Shown: piece by piece, positions 18,291 through 27,121 of the stretch
Numbering within the stretch: the first letter of the stretch is position 1
Layout: the number at the start of each line of letters is the position of its first letter
Source of the DNA: Deltaproteobacteria bacterium
Lineage (GTDB): Bacteria; Myxococcota_A; UBA9160; UBA6930
DNA length: 64,000 nt
Assembly: GCA_016875395.1 (NCBI GenBank)
Contig: VGRF01000002.1
Span: 207,815 to 271,814, forward strand
Direction of reading: 5' to 3'
Position numbers and translations under genes: made by a program
Notes under the pieces: model-generated
Told to the model about the DNA's origin: nothing
Seen by the model: only the letters and a program-made list of their open reading frames with translations
The model's database searches: none

Positions 18291-18992
18291 ATGCGCTCGG
18301 TACTCGCGGGGATCGGGTTCGCGCTCGGGGCGCTCGCCGCCCACGCGAATCCACACGCGCAGCACCATGCGCCGCCGCCCGCCGAGCGCGAGCGTTTCGC
18401 GGCGCCGGCTGCCGGCACGTACGAGCTGCCGCCGATCGACCGCGTGGCGCAGCACTACTTGTTGGGGACGAGCGCGAAGCCCGAGCCGCTGATCGGCCTC
18501 GAGACCGGCGAGCTCGCGCTGATCTCGTTCGTGTACCTGCAGTGCGGCGAAGCCTGCCCGCTCGCGACGGCGATGCTGCACCGCCTCGACGGCGAGCTCG
18601 CGAAGCAGCCGGAGGTCGCGAAGCGCGTCGAGCTGGTGACGGTGAGCTTCGACCCGCAGCGCGACACGCCCGCGCAGATGCGCGCACTGCGCGAGCGCCT
18701 CGCACCGAAGGGGCGCTGGCGTTTCCTCACCGCCGCGAACGAGAGCGCACTGCGACCCGTGCTCGAGGACTTCGGGCAGGACGCGGTGTGGATTCCGGGC
18801 ACGCCCGAAGCGCCGGACTCTCTGCGCCACGTGCTCAAGGTGTTCGTGGTCGACGCGAACGGCGCGGTGCGCCAGATCTACTCGACGGGATTTCTCGACT
18901 CGCGCCTCGTGATCGCGGATCTGCGGACGCTGCTGGGTCTTTACTCGCCGGCGCCTGCACGCCCGGGATCCCACGCGCACCATCCCAGGTGA
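18291..18992 (+). CDS. SCO1/SenC family copper chaperone
   Basis: ATG at 18291 after GGGAGAAG. Thioredoxin-like fold with the CGEACP (CxxxCP) motif. Confidence 0.8.
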   Translation: MRSVLAGIGFALGALAAHANPHAQHHAPPPAERERFAAPAAGTYELPPIDRVAQHYLLGTSAKPEPLIGLETGELALISFVYLQCGEACPLATAMLHRLDGELAKQPEVAKRVELVTVSFDPQRDTPAQMRALRERLAPKGRWRFLTAANESALRPVLEDFGQDAVWIPGTPEAPDSLRHVLKVFVVDANGAVRQIYSTGFLDSRLVIADLRTLLGLYSPAPARPGSHAHHPR

Positions 18993-19968
18993 GCGCGCGC
19001 TTCGGCTCAGCCGCTGCGGGCTTTGGCGTGGGCGCGGGCTGCGCCGGCGCGACCGGCCGTGCCGCACGCATGCTCGGCCGCCGCTCCTCCAGCTCCTCGA
19101 GCGTGCGCGGCCAGTCCTTCCGTAACAACTGCGAGAGCGCGCGATCCGCGAGCACGCGTCCCCCCGTTTGACAGCGCGCGCAGTAGTTCGTCTCGTTCTC
19201 GGCGTGCACGATGCGCTGCACCGGCGCTGCGCAGACGGGGCATGGCTGCTTGAACTTGCCGTGCACCGCCATCTCGGGGCGGAACGCGGTGACTTCCTCC
19301 GGGAACGCATCGCCCGTTTGCACGCGTAGGCGCTCGGTCCACGCGCGCAGCGTCTCGCGAGTCGCGGCGAAGAGGCGCGCGATTTCTTCGGGCGCGAGGT
19401 TCGTCGTCATCTGCACCGGCGAGAGACGCGCGGCGTGGAGGATCTCGTCCGAGTATGCGTTGCCGATGCCGGAGAACACGTGCGGGTCGGTGAGCGTGCG
19501 CTTCAGCGTGTGCCGCTCGCGCGTGAGCAGCGCCGCGAACTCGGCTTCGTCGCACGCGAACGGGTCGACGCCGCCAGGGTCGTGCGCGAGCAGCGCCGCC
19601 TCGCCTCGCACGGCGTGCAGCGTCGCGCGCTTCTTCGTGCCGGCCTCGGTGAGCAGCAGCGTGCCGTTCTCGAAGTCGAAGCCGGCGTGCGCGTAGCGGC
19701 GCTGCAGCTTCGCGCCGAGCGCGCGCCAACGCAGGCGGCCCGCGATCATCAGGTGGATCACGAGAAACAGCTCGCCCTCGAAGCCGAGCACGACGCGCTT
19801 GCCGAGCCGGCGCGTCGTCACGAGCCGCCGCCCCGCGAGCTCCGCCAGTGGCGGCTCGACGCTGCGCAGCAGCGAGATGCTCGCGAGCCGCACGCCCTCG
19901 AGCCGCCTCCCGACCAGGCGCCGCTCGATCGCCTCGCGATAGAGCTCGATGTCGGGGAGCTCGGGCAT
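18835..19968 (-). CDS. Fpg/Nei family DNA glycosylase with long Pro/Ala/Arg-rich tail
   Basis: MPELPDIE catalytic N-terminus and a C4 zinc finger CPVC..CARC. The last ~90 aa are low complexity, and 158 bp overlap the convergent SCO1 gene. Confidence 0.75.
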   Translation of the reverse strand: MPELPDIELYREAIERRLVGRRLEGVRLASISLLRSVEPPLAELAGRRLVTTRRLGKRVVLGFEGELFLVIHLMIAGRLRWRALGAKLQRRYAHAGFDFENGTLLLTEAGTKKRATLHAVRGEAALLAHDPGGVDPFACDEAEFAALLTRERHTLKRTLTDPHVFSGIGNAYSDEILHAARLSPVQMTTNLAPEEIARLFAATRETLRAWTERLRVQTGDAFPEEVTAFRPEMAVHGKFKQPCPVCAAPVQRIVHAENETNYCARCQTGGRVLADRALSQLLRKDWPRTLEELEERRPSMRAARPVAPAQPAPTPKPAAAEPKRALTWDGARGIPGVQAPASKDPAASADPRSRGASREIPSSRSGAPRRSRRPRTP

Positions 19969-19985
19969 ACGCGCACTCTACGAAA

Positions 19986-20184
19986 CGCGCACAGGGGACG
20001 TACGTGCACAAAACCGCGCACCAGGGACGTACGTGCACAGAACCGCGCACTAGGGACGTACGTGCACACTCTCACGCGTAAGACGGTGCACGTACGTCCC
20101 AGGTGCGCGCAGATGTGCAGGTACGTCCCCAGTGCGCGCCACCGGGCGCGTTCGAGCGAGATGCACGTACGTCCCCGTTGCACG
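19986..20184. repeat. array of six copies of a 24-bp unit CGCGCACNNGGGACGTACGTGCAC, three direct then three inverted
   Basis: Direct copies at 19986-20009, 20015-20038 and 20044-20067 (29-bp period). Inverted copies at 20086-20109, 20115-20138 and 20162-20184. Fills the 227-bp spacer between the GT2 stop (20196) and the fpg start (19968). Confidence 0.75.
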
Positions 20185-20195
20185 TCCCGCGGGTG

Positions 20196-21218
20196 TCAGG
20201 CGGCGCAGACGAAGTCGCGTCGCTCCTCGTACCCCAGCGCGGCGAGCTCGGCGCGGATCTCGGCGCGCGGCTTCGAGCCCGCGACCGAGACGAGGAGCGG
20301 CAGCGCGCTTCGTTCGCGCAGCGCGGCGGGCGGCACGACCTCGGCGCCGTGGATGCGCTGACCGAGCCGGCGCGGGTGTAGCTCGATCACGCGCCCGAGC
20401 TGCTTGCCGCGGGCGGCGAGCGCTTTCGCGAGGGCGCGCCCGGTGCCGCCGTAGCCCCAGAGCGCGTAGCGCTCGTGCGCCGCGAGGAAGCCCTGCGCGA
20501 GGTACTCGGCCTTGCACGCGGTGAAGGCGGCCTGGGCGTAGGCGGGCGACGTGCGCGAGAGCCGGGCGGGGCCGTCGCGCCAGGCGAGCAGCTTCTCAGG
20601 CACGACACCGAGCGCACGCCCGGATGCGAGAACGCGCAGCACGAGGTCGTAGTCCTCGGGCCAGCCGCGCTCGCGATAGCCGAGGCTCCGAAGCAGCTCG
20701 CGGCGCAACACGAGGGTCGGATGCGCGAGCGGACACTCGACGAACGCGTCGCGCGCGATGTCGGCCGCGCTCGCGAGCGAGTTCAGCCACGCGCCGTAGT
20801 CGCGCAGGCCCTCCGAGATCGCGCGCTGCGGGAAGAGATGCACGTGGCAGCCCACACCCGCGAGCGCAGGGTCCGCGTCGAGCGCGTCGCACTGCTTCGC
20901 GAGACGCGTGCGTCGCATCACGTCGTCGGCGTCGAAGCGCGCGACGAGCGGTGCGCCGCACTCCGCGATGCCCCGATTCAGCGCCGCGACGAGCCCTTCT
21001 CGCGGTGCCGCGATCACGCGAAAGCGCGCGTCGCGTGCGGCGAAGCGCTGCGCGATCTCGCGCGACTCGTCGCGCGAGCCGTCGTCCACGATCACGCACT
21101 CGAAACGCGCCTCGCTCTGCCGCGCCACCGACGCGAGCGCGCACGCGAGCGTCGCCTCCGCATCGCGCACGGGCAGCAGCACCGAGACGCGCGGCGTCAG
21201 TCTGTGCGCCCCGATCAC
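20196..21218 (-). CDS. family 2 glycosyltransferase
   Basis: GTG at 21218 overlaps the upstream stop (GTGA). VSVLLPVRD, VIVDDGSRD and RFDADD motifs. Confidence 0.75.
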   Translation of the reverse strand: MIGAHRLTPRVSVLLPVRDAEATLACALASVARQSEARFECVIVDDGSRDESREIAQRFAARDARFRVIAAPREGLVAALNRGIAECGAPLVARFDADDVMRRTRLAKQCDALDADPALAGVGCHVHLFPQRAISEGLRDYGAWLNSLASAADIARDAFVECPLAHPTLVLRRELLRSLGYRERGWPEDYDLVLRVLASGRALGVVPEKLLAWRDGPARLSRTSPAYAQAAFTACKAEYLAQGFLAAHERYALWGYGGTGRALAKALAARGKQLGRVIELHPRRLGQRIHGAEVVPPAALRERSALPLLVSVAGSKPRAEIRAELAALGYEERRDFVCAA

Positions 21219-22057
21219 GCGCGCATCTCGCTGTCGCTCTGCCCGAGCGGTCCGAACAGGACCCGCGCGCCGAGCTCGCGGTGATCGAGCTGTGCGGCCT
21301 TGTCCATGCGCGCGACGAACTCGGGGCGCTGCATCGTCCAGCGCACCGAGCCGCTCGCGCAGCCGAGCGCGGCGAAGCGCGCCGCGACTTCGTCCCACCA
21401 CGGCACCACACGACCGGCGAGCGGCTCGAGCACGAGCACGCGCGCGCCGGCGGCGAGGCCGCGTTCGAGCGCGCCGAACACGCGCTCGCGGGCGTCGTCG
21501 TCGCACTCGTTGAGTAACCAGCCGAGCAGCGCGACATCGCCGCGCGCGAGCTTCGGGATGCCGAGGGGGAGCTGTGCGCGCTGCGTCTCGCCGCGCAGGC
21601 CGAACGCGGCGTACGTGCGGCGCGCTTCGGCGAGCGCGAAGCCCGAGCGCTCGAGCGCGAGAATCGGCGGGTGGCTCGGCGCCGCGAGCGCAGCGCCCGC
21701 GCCCGCCGCGCCGCTGCCTGCACCGAGGTCGACGATGCGCGCCGTGTCCGTGAAGCCGCGCTCGGGCAGCGCGCGCACGACGCCATACGCGGTCGCGAGA
21801 TGCAGCGGTGCGAAGTAGGCGGCGAACGCGGCGCGCTTCGCAGGCGAAGCGAGCGCGTCGCCCGGGTCGCGGCGCAGGGTGTAACGCCGAGAAAGCGCCT
21901 GAACGCCCTTGCGGATCTCGCTGAAGGTGAGCGGCGCCGCGCGCTCGACTGCGGAAGCGATCCATGCGTCGACACTCGCCGCGATCTCGGCGGGAAACTC
22001 GGCCGGCGGATCCGCAGCGAGCACCGCCTCCATCCCGTGTCCGCCGGCGCGAGTCAT
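21215..22057 (-). CDS. class I SAM-dependent methyltransferase
   Basis: Start at MTRAGGHG (22057). Motif I is VDLGAGSGAAG. Confidence 0.7.
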   Translation of the reverse strand: MTRAGGHGMEAVLAADPPAEFPAEIAASVDAWIASAVERAAPLTFSEIRKGVQALSRRYTLRRDPGDALASPAKRAAFAAYFAPLHLATAYGVVRALPERGFTDTARIVDLGAGSGAAGAGAALAAPSHPPILALERSGFALAEARRTYAAFGLRGETQRAQLPLGIPKLARGDVALLGWLLNECDDDARERVFGALERGLAAGARVLVLEPLAGRVVPWWDEVAARFAALGCASGSVRWTMQRPEFVARMDKAAQLDHRELGARVLFGPLGQSDSEMRA

Positions 22058-22132
22058 CAGGCCACGGTAGTCGCGCTCGCGCGGCGCAATCCCCTTTTTC
22101 CGCACTTCCTCGCGGCTACCGTGCCGCGCGTG

Positions 22133-23290
22133 ATGCGCGCCCTCGCCACGCTCCTCCCGCTCTGCGTGCTCGTGGGCGCTCCCGCGGCGGCGCAAACCGA
22201 CATCGCAGCGACGCCTCCGGTCACCGTGACCTCGACCAACTGGGACGAGGTCGAGCTGCTCGGCAAGCGCGTTCGGCCCGGCGACAAGCGGCGCCTCTTC
22301 CTGAGCTCGAGCGAGTCGTTCGCCGGTTCCGACACCGAGCTGCCGGTCCTGGTGACGCGCGGCGCGACGCCGGGGCCCACGGTGTGCCTGATCGCCGGCA
22401 TTCACGGCGACGAGCTGAACGGCATCGAGATCGTGCGCAAGGTGGTGGAAGGCCTAACACCTCGGCGCATCTCGGGCATGGTGATCGCGGTGCCGGTGGC
22501 GAACCTGCACGGCTTCCGCCGCTCCTCGCGCTACTTGCCCGATCGCCGCGATCTGAACCGCTTCTTTCCCGGCACCGCTTCCGGCAGCGCGGCCTCGCGC
22601 ATCGCGTGGTCGCTCTGGAACGACGTCGTGCGCCACTGCAGCTCGCTGATCGACCTCCATACCGGCTCGTTTCACCGCACGAACCTTCCGCAGGTGCGCA
22701 CCGACACGACGGACGAGCGCTCGCTCGCACTCGCGAAGGGCTTCGGTGGCGCTCTCATCGTGCACGACCCGGGGCAGGATGGAACGCTGCGCCGCGCGGC
22801 GCGGCGAGCGGGCATCGGCGCGATCACGTACGAGGCCGGTGAGCCGCTGCGCTTCCAGGAGCGCGAGATCGCGCGGGGCGTCGAGGGCGTGCGCAACATC
22901 CTCGCCACGCTGGGCATGAGCGACGCCGCGCCGCTGAAGTACGCGCCGCGCGTCTACCAGCGAGCGCGCTGGGTGCGCGTCGACGACGGCGGGATCTTCT
23001 TCACGCGCAGGCGCCTCGGCGAGCAGGTGCAGCCGGGTGATCTGTTAGGCACCGTCACCGACCCCGTGACGAACGAGACGAAATCCGTCGAGTCGCCGCT
23101 GCGCGGTCGCATCATCGGCATGGCCGTTCCACAGGTCGTGATCCCCGGGTACGCCGCGTTCCACCTCGGGATCGACGCGGCGGCGACTGCCGCGGAGGAG
23201 CCCGCGCTGCCTGCGCCGAGCGAGGATGCGGATGCGATGGCCGAGCAAGAGGCTGGGCGCGAGATGGATCCGGAGGCGGCGCCGGAATGA
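22133..23290 (+). CDS. secreted succinylglutamate desuccinylase/aspartoacylase-family (M14-like) zinc peptidase
   Basis: Signal peptide MRALATLLPLCVLVGAPAAAQ; zinc motif CLIAGIHGDELNG. Confidence 0.8.
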   Translation: MRALATLLPLCVLVGAPAAAQTDIAATPPVTVTSTNWDEVELLGKRVRPGDKRRLFLSSSESFAGSDTELPVLVTRGATPGPTVCLIAGIHGDELNGIEIVRKVVEGLTPRRISGMVIAVPVANLHGFRRSSRYLPDRRDLNRFFPGTASGSAASRIAWSLWNDVVRHCSSLIDLHTGSFHRTNLPQVRTDTTDERSLALAKGFGGALIVHDPGQDGTLRRAARRAGIGAITYEAGEPLRFQEREIARGVEGVRNILATLGMSDAAPLKYAPRVYQRARWVRVDDGGIFFTRRRLGEQVQPGDLLGTVTDPVTNETKSVESPLRGRIIGMAVPQVVIPGYAAFHLGIDAAATAAEEPALPAPSEDADAMAEQEAGREMDPEAAPE

Positions 23291-24891
23291 GCCGTTCCTC
23301 GCTCATCGTCGGCGCGCTGCTCGCCCTGCTCGGGCTCGCGGTCTTCGGCGTGAAGCACTTCCGCTACGGAATTCCGCTGCGCGTCGCCGAGGGCGTGGGC
23401 CCGTGGCAGGTGGAGCTGCGCGTGAACGTGCGCGGCGCGAACACGCGCGGCAGCGTGCGCGCGCTGCTGCCGAACAGCGAAGCCGGGCAGACCCTCTTCG
23501 ACGAGAAGCCCACGAACGACCGGCTCGAGTTCACGACGCGCGACGAAGCGACCGGCAACCGCATCGGCGTCTGGTCGGGCGTGATCGGACCGATCCACGA
23601 GGTCGTGTACGCGCTTCACGTGCAGATGAGCGCCGTCGAGGCGCCGCTGCCCGAGGGCCGCAGCTTCCCGGCGCCGCCGCGCGGGGTCGCGGCGCTGTAT
23701 CTCGCTCCCGCAGCACAGCTGCCGATCGATGCGCCAGAGATCGTCGCGCGGCTCGAGCAGCTCAAGCTGCCGTCTTCGCAGGATCTGCCGGCGCGCATTC
23801 GCATGATTTATCAGGCCGTCGCGAACGAGGTCGCGACGATCGAGCGAGGCCCCGAGGATCCGCTGCTCGTGCTCGCGAACCGCGAAGGCAGCGAAGCGGG
23901 CAAGGAGCTGCTGCTCGTGACGCTGATGCGCGCCGCGGGCGTGCCGGCGCGCGTCGTGCACGGGCTCGAGCTGCGCGCCGACGCGACGCCGCGCGAGCGC
24001 ACGTGGAGCGAGGTGTGGATCGCGGACAAGTGGGTGCCGATGCACGCGAGCGCGCTCGAGGGCAGCCCCGAGGGCTTTTTCGCGCGGCGGCCTGAGAACT
24101 TCCTCGTGCTCGGCCGCGGCCTCGTGCCCAACGTCGAGGCGACTTCGGTCACGAACATCGGCCATCGCTACCGCTCGCTGCGCGAGCACCTGCGCGCGGA
24201 CGAGGTCGCGAATCTGCTCACCCCGGACAACCCGGTGTTCGAGTTCCTCTCCTTCTATCGCTTGCCGCTTCCCACGCAGGCCGCGCTGCGTGTGCTGCTG
24301 CTGATCCCCCTCGGTGCGGTGGTGATCGCGCTCTTCCGCAACGTCGTCGGCGTGCGCACGTACGGCACGTTCATGCCGATTCTCATCTCGCTCGCGCTGC
24401 GCGAGTACTCGCTGTGGCGCAGCCTGGCGCTGGTCGTCGGCGTGATTCTGTTCGCGATCGTGCTTCGGCGCGCGCTCGAGTCCCTGCGCCTGCTGATGGT
24501 GCCGCGCCTCTCGATCATGCTCTGCACCGTGGTGCTCTTGGTGGCCGGCTTCGCGCTCGTCGGCGAAGACGCCGAGACCTCGGCCCTGTTCGCCGGCGTG
24601 CTCTTCCCGATGGTGATCCTCACCATGCTCACGGAGCGCATCTTCATCACCGCCGCGGAGGAGGGCGTGCGCGAGGCGACGGTGCGCGCGGGCATTTCGA
24701 CCGCGGTGGCGGCGACGATCCATCCGCTCTTTCAAAGCGCGCGCGCCGAGTACCTGATGTTCACCTTCCCCGAGCTCACGTTCTGCGCGATGGGCGTGCT
24801 GATCTGGATCGGCGGCTACACCGGCTATCGCATCGCCGACTTGCTGCGCTTCCGCTCGCTCGCGCATGACCCGAACGCCGAGGCCGCGTGA
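23287..24891 (+). CDS. inactive transglutaminase-like domain fused to a 7-TM region
   Basis: ATGA overlap with the upstream gene. TGase-core-like LLLVTLMRAAGVPARVVHG..WSEVWIADKWVPM lacks the catalytic Cys and His. The C-terminal half has about seven hydrophobic helices. Confidence 0.75.
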   Translation: MSRSSLIVGALLALLGLAVFGVKHFRYGIPLRVAEGVGPWQVELRVNVRGANTRGSVRALLPNSEAGQTLFDEKPTNDRLEFTTRDEATGNRIGVWSGVIGPIHEVVYALHVQMSAVEAPLPEGRSFPAPPRGVAALYLAPAAQLPIDAPEIVARLEQLKLPSSQDLPARIRMIYQAVANEVATIERGPEDPLLVLANREGSEAGKELLLVTLMRAAGVPARVVHGLELRADATPRERTWSEVWIADKWVPMHASALEGSPEGFFARRPENFLVLGRGLVPNVEATSVTNIGHRYRSLREHLRADEVANLLTPDNPVFEFLSFYRLPLPTQAALRVLLLIPLGAVVIALFRNVVGVRTYGTFMPILISLALREYSLWRSLALVVGVILFAIVLRRALESLRLLMVPRLSIMLCTVVLLVAGFALVGEDAETSALFAGVLFPMVILTMLTERIFITAAEEGVREATVRAGISTAVAATIHPLFQSARAEYLMFTFPELTFCAMGVLIWIGGYTGYRIADLLRFRSLAHDPNAEAA

Positions 24892-25862
24892 TGCTCCCGA
24901 AGCGGCTGCACGCGCTCGGCGTGCTCGGCATCAACGCGCGCAATCAGAAGTACACGCTGCGCGTGAACGAGCGGCGCTTCTATCCGCTCGTCGACGACAA
25001 GCTCGCGACCAAGCGCATGTGCCAGGAGGCGGGCATTCCGGTGCCGCGGCTGCTGGCGGTCGCCGAGGTGCACGCGCAGGCGAAGCGCCTTCTGCCGCAA
25101 CTCGCGGGCGAAAAGGCGTTCGTGCTGAAGCCCGCGCGCGGCGCGATGGGCAACGGCATTCTCGTGATCGACGTGCGCGAGGGGAAGATGATGCGCGGCT
25201 CGCGCGTCGTCAGCGCCGACGACTTCGTCTACCACGCGGCGGGCATCATCTCCGGGCTCTACTCGCTCGCGGGCCACGCAGACGTCGCGATGGTGGAAGA
25301 GAAGCTCGTGATCGACGCGCGCATCGCGCACCTCGCCGTCGACGGCGTGCCCGACCTGCGCGTGATCGTCTACCGCGGCATTCCGGTGATGGCGATGACG
25401 CGCCTCCCGACGTCGATGTCGGGCGGACGCGCGAACTTGCATCAAGGCGCGCTCGGCGTGGGAATCGATCTCGGAACCGGCGAGACGACGCACGCGATGT
25501 TTCGCGGCGAGTCGATCGCGAAGCATCCCGACAACGGCCACGCGCTGATCGGCTTCCTGATCCCGAGCTTCGACGACGTGCTCACGACCGCGGTCTCCGC
25601 GGCGGCGCGCACCGGCCTCGGCTACGTCGGCGCCGACGTCGTGATCGACGCGAACCTCGGCCCCGCGATCCTCGAGCTGAACGCTCGCCCGGGCCTCGCG
25701 ATCCAGCTGGCGAATCGCGCGGGGCTCGGCCCGCGGCTCGACGCGGTGGACGAGGCATTAGGGGAATGGAAGAAGGGCGAGAGCAACGACATGTCGATCG
25801 AGGCTCGCGTGGCGCTCGGCCGCGAAGTGGCGCGCATCGCGCAGGCGCGGCGGGCGGCGTGA
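24888..25862 (+). CDS. RimK-related alpha-L-glutamate ligase-like ATP-grasp protein
   Basis: GTGA overlap with the upstream gene. ATP-grasp pattern FVLKPARGAMGNGILVI .. DLRVIVYRG .. NLHQGALGVGIDL .. VGADVVID. Confidence 0.8.
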   Translation: MMLPKRLHALGVLGINARNQKYTLRVNERRFYPLVDDKLATKRMCQEAGIPVPRLLAVAEVHAQAKRLLPQLAGEKAFVLKPARGAMGNGILVIDVREGKMMRGSRVVSADDFVYHAAGIISGLYSLAGHADVAMVEEKLVIDARIAHLAVDGVPDLRVIVYRGIPVMAMTRLPTSMSGGRANLHQGALGVGIDLGTGETTHAMFRGESIAKHPDNGHALIGFLIPSFDDVLTTAVSAAARTGLGYVGADVVIDANLGPAILELNARPGLAIQLANRAGLGPRLDAVDEALGEWKKGESNDMSIEARVALGREVARIAQARRAA

Positions 25863-27103
25863 TGCGGCGCGCGGTGGTGCTGCTCGCTGCACTGCTCGCG
25901 CTGGCGAGCGCGGCGCTCGCGCAGCAGGCGCCCGCGCCTCGAGGCACCGCCTACGTCACCACCTTCGAGGCGCGCATCGTGCCGAGCGAGCGCCTCGCGC
26001 ACGCCACGATTCGCCTCGGAACCGGCGCGCTCGCGGTGCGCTTCATCGAGCTTCAGATCGACCCGAAGCGGCACGTCGACTTTCGCGGCGACGGCCGCGT
26101 GGTCGTGGATGGCGCGCGCGTGCGCTGGGAGCCACCCGCGCGCGGCGGTGCGCTGCAGTACGTGTTCCGCGTCGACAACTTGCGCACGTCGTCGGCCTAC
26201 GACGCGCGCTGCGCCGAGGACTGGGCGCTGCTGCGCGGCGACGACTTGTTCCCGCCCGCGCGCGTGCGCTCGAACGTCGGTTCGCGCTCGCGCTCGACGC
26301 TGAAGCTGCGCGTACCCGAGGGCTGGAAGATTGCGGTGCCGTACGAGCGCCTCGCCGATGGCAGCTATCGCGTCGAGCACGCGACGCGGAACTTCGATCG
26401 CCCGATCGGTTGGTTCGCGCTCGGCAACATCGGCGTGCTGCGCGAGAGCATCGCGGGCTCGCGCGTCGCGGTGGCGGGCCCGGTCGGGCAGGGCGTGCGG
26501 CGCCAGGACCTGCTCGCGCTGATGCGCTGGACGCTGCCGAGATTGAAGGCAGTGCTCGGCGAGCTGCCCGATCGAATCCTGATCGTGTCTGCGGGCGACC
26601 CGATGTGGCGCGGCGGCCTGTCGGGCCCGAGCTCGGTGTTCATCCATGCCGACCGGCCCCTGATCACCCCCGACCTAACAAGTCCGATCCTGCACGAGCT
26701 CTTCCACGCCGTCACCCGCGCGCGCGCGGGCGACGACGGCGACTGGGTCGTCGAGGGCCTCGCCGAGTACTACAGCCTCGAGCTGCTCGTGCGCTCGCGC
26801 GGCGTCTCGAAGCGGCGCCACGCGAACGCGCTCGACGAGCTCGAGCGCCGCGGCCGCGGCGCGCAGCTCGCGGGCACGCGCTCCTCCGGCGCCGAGACTG
26901 CGCGCGCGGTCGCCGTGCTGCGCGACCTCGACGCACTCATCCGCAGCGAGACGAGCGACCGCGTGAGCCTCGACGCCGTCGTCGCCGTTCTCGCGCGCCA
27001 GCAAGCGCCCGTCACGACCGCGGGTTTCCGCGCCACCGCGGAAGGGGTGACCGGCCTCGACCTCGGCGGCTTCTTCCGCTCGCGCGTCGGGCTGGTGAGG
27101 TAG
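25862..27103 (+). CDS. secreted HExxH zinc metalloprotease (gluzincin-like), family not identified
   Basis: ATG overlaps the upstream stop (TGATG). Signal peptide MRRAVVLLAALLALASAALAQQ. ILHELFHAV followed by VVEGLAEYY. Confidence 0.6.
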   Translation: MRRAVVLLAALLALASAALAQQAPAPRGTAYVTTFEARIVPSERLAHATIRLGTGALAVRFIELQIDPKRHVDFRGDGRVVVDGARVRWEPPARGGALQYVFRVDNLRTSSAYDARCAEDWALLRGDDLFPPARVRSNVGSRSRSTLKLRVPEGWKIAVPYERLADGSYRVEHATRNFDRPIGWFALGNIGVLRESIAGSRVAVAGPVGQGVRRQDLLALMRWTLPRLKAVLGELPDRILIVSAGDPMWRGGLSGPSSVFIHADRPLITPDLTSPILHELFHAVTRARAGDDGDWVVEGLAEYYSLELLVRSRGVSKRRHANALDELERRGRGAQLAGTRSSGAETARAVAVLRDLDALIRSETSDRVSLDAVVAVLARQQAPVTTAGFRATAEGVTGLDLGGFFRSRVGLVR

Positions 27104-27121
27104 GGCGAGCCGGGCCGCGGC

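Noticed and set aside
14456-18418. Very long antisense ORFs: 1320 aa at 14456-18418, and similar ones at 3505-5427, 9482-11542, 22954-24867, 49781-51646 and 52678-54582
   Set aside because: They are Arg/Ala/Gly/Pro-rich low-complexity translations lying opposite or out of frame to genes with clear family motifs. Stop-free alternative frames are expected at about 70% G+C.
19986-20184. The 29-bp periodic repeats as a possible CRISPR array
   Set aside because: Only about 5 nt separate the units, so there are no spacers. Half of the copies are inverted. No cas genes are in the window.
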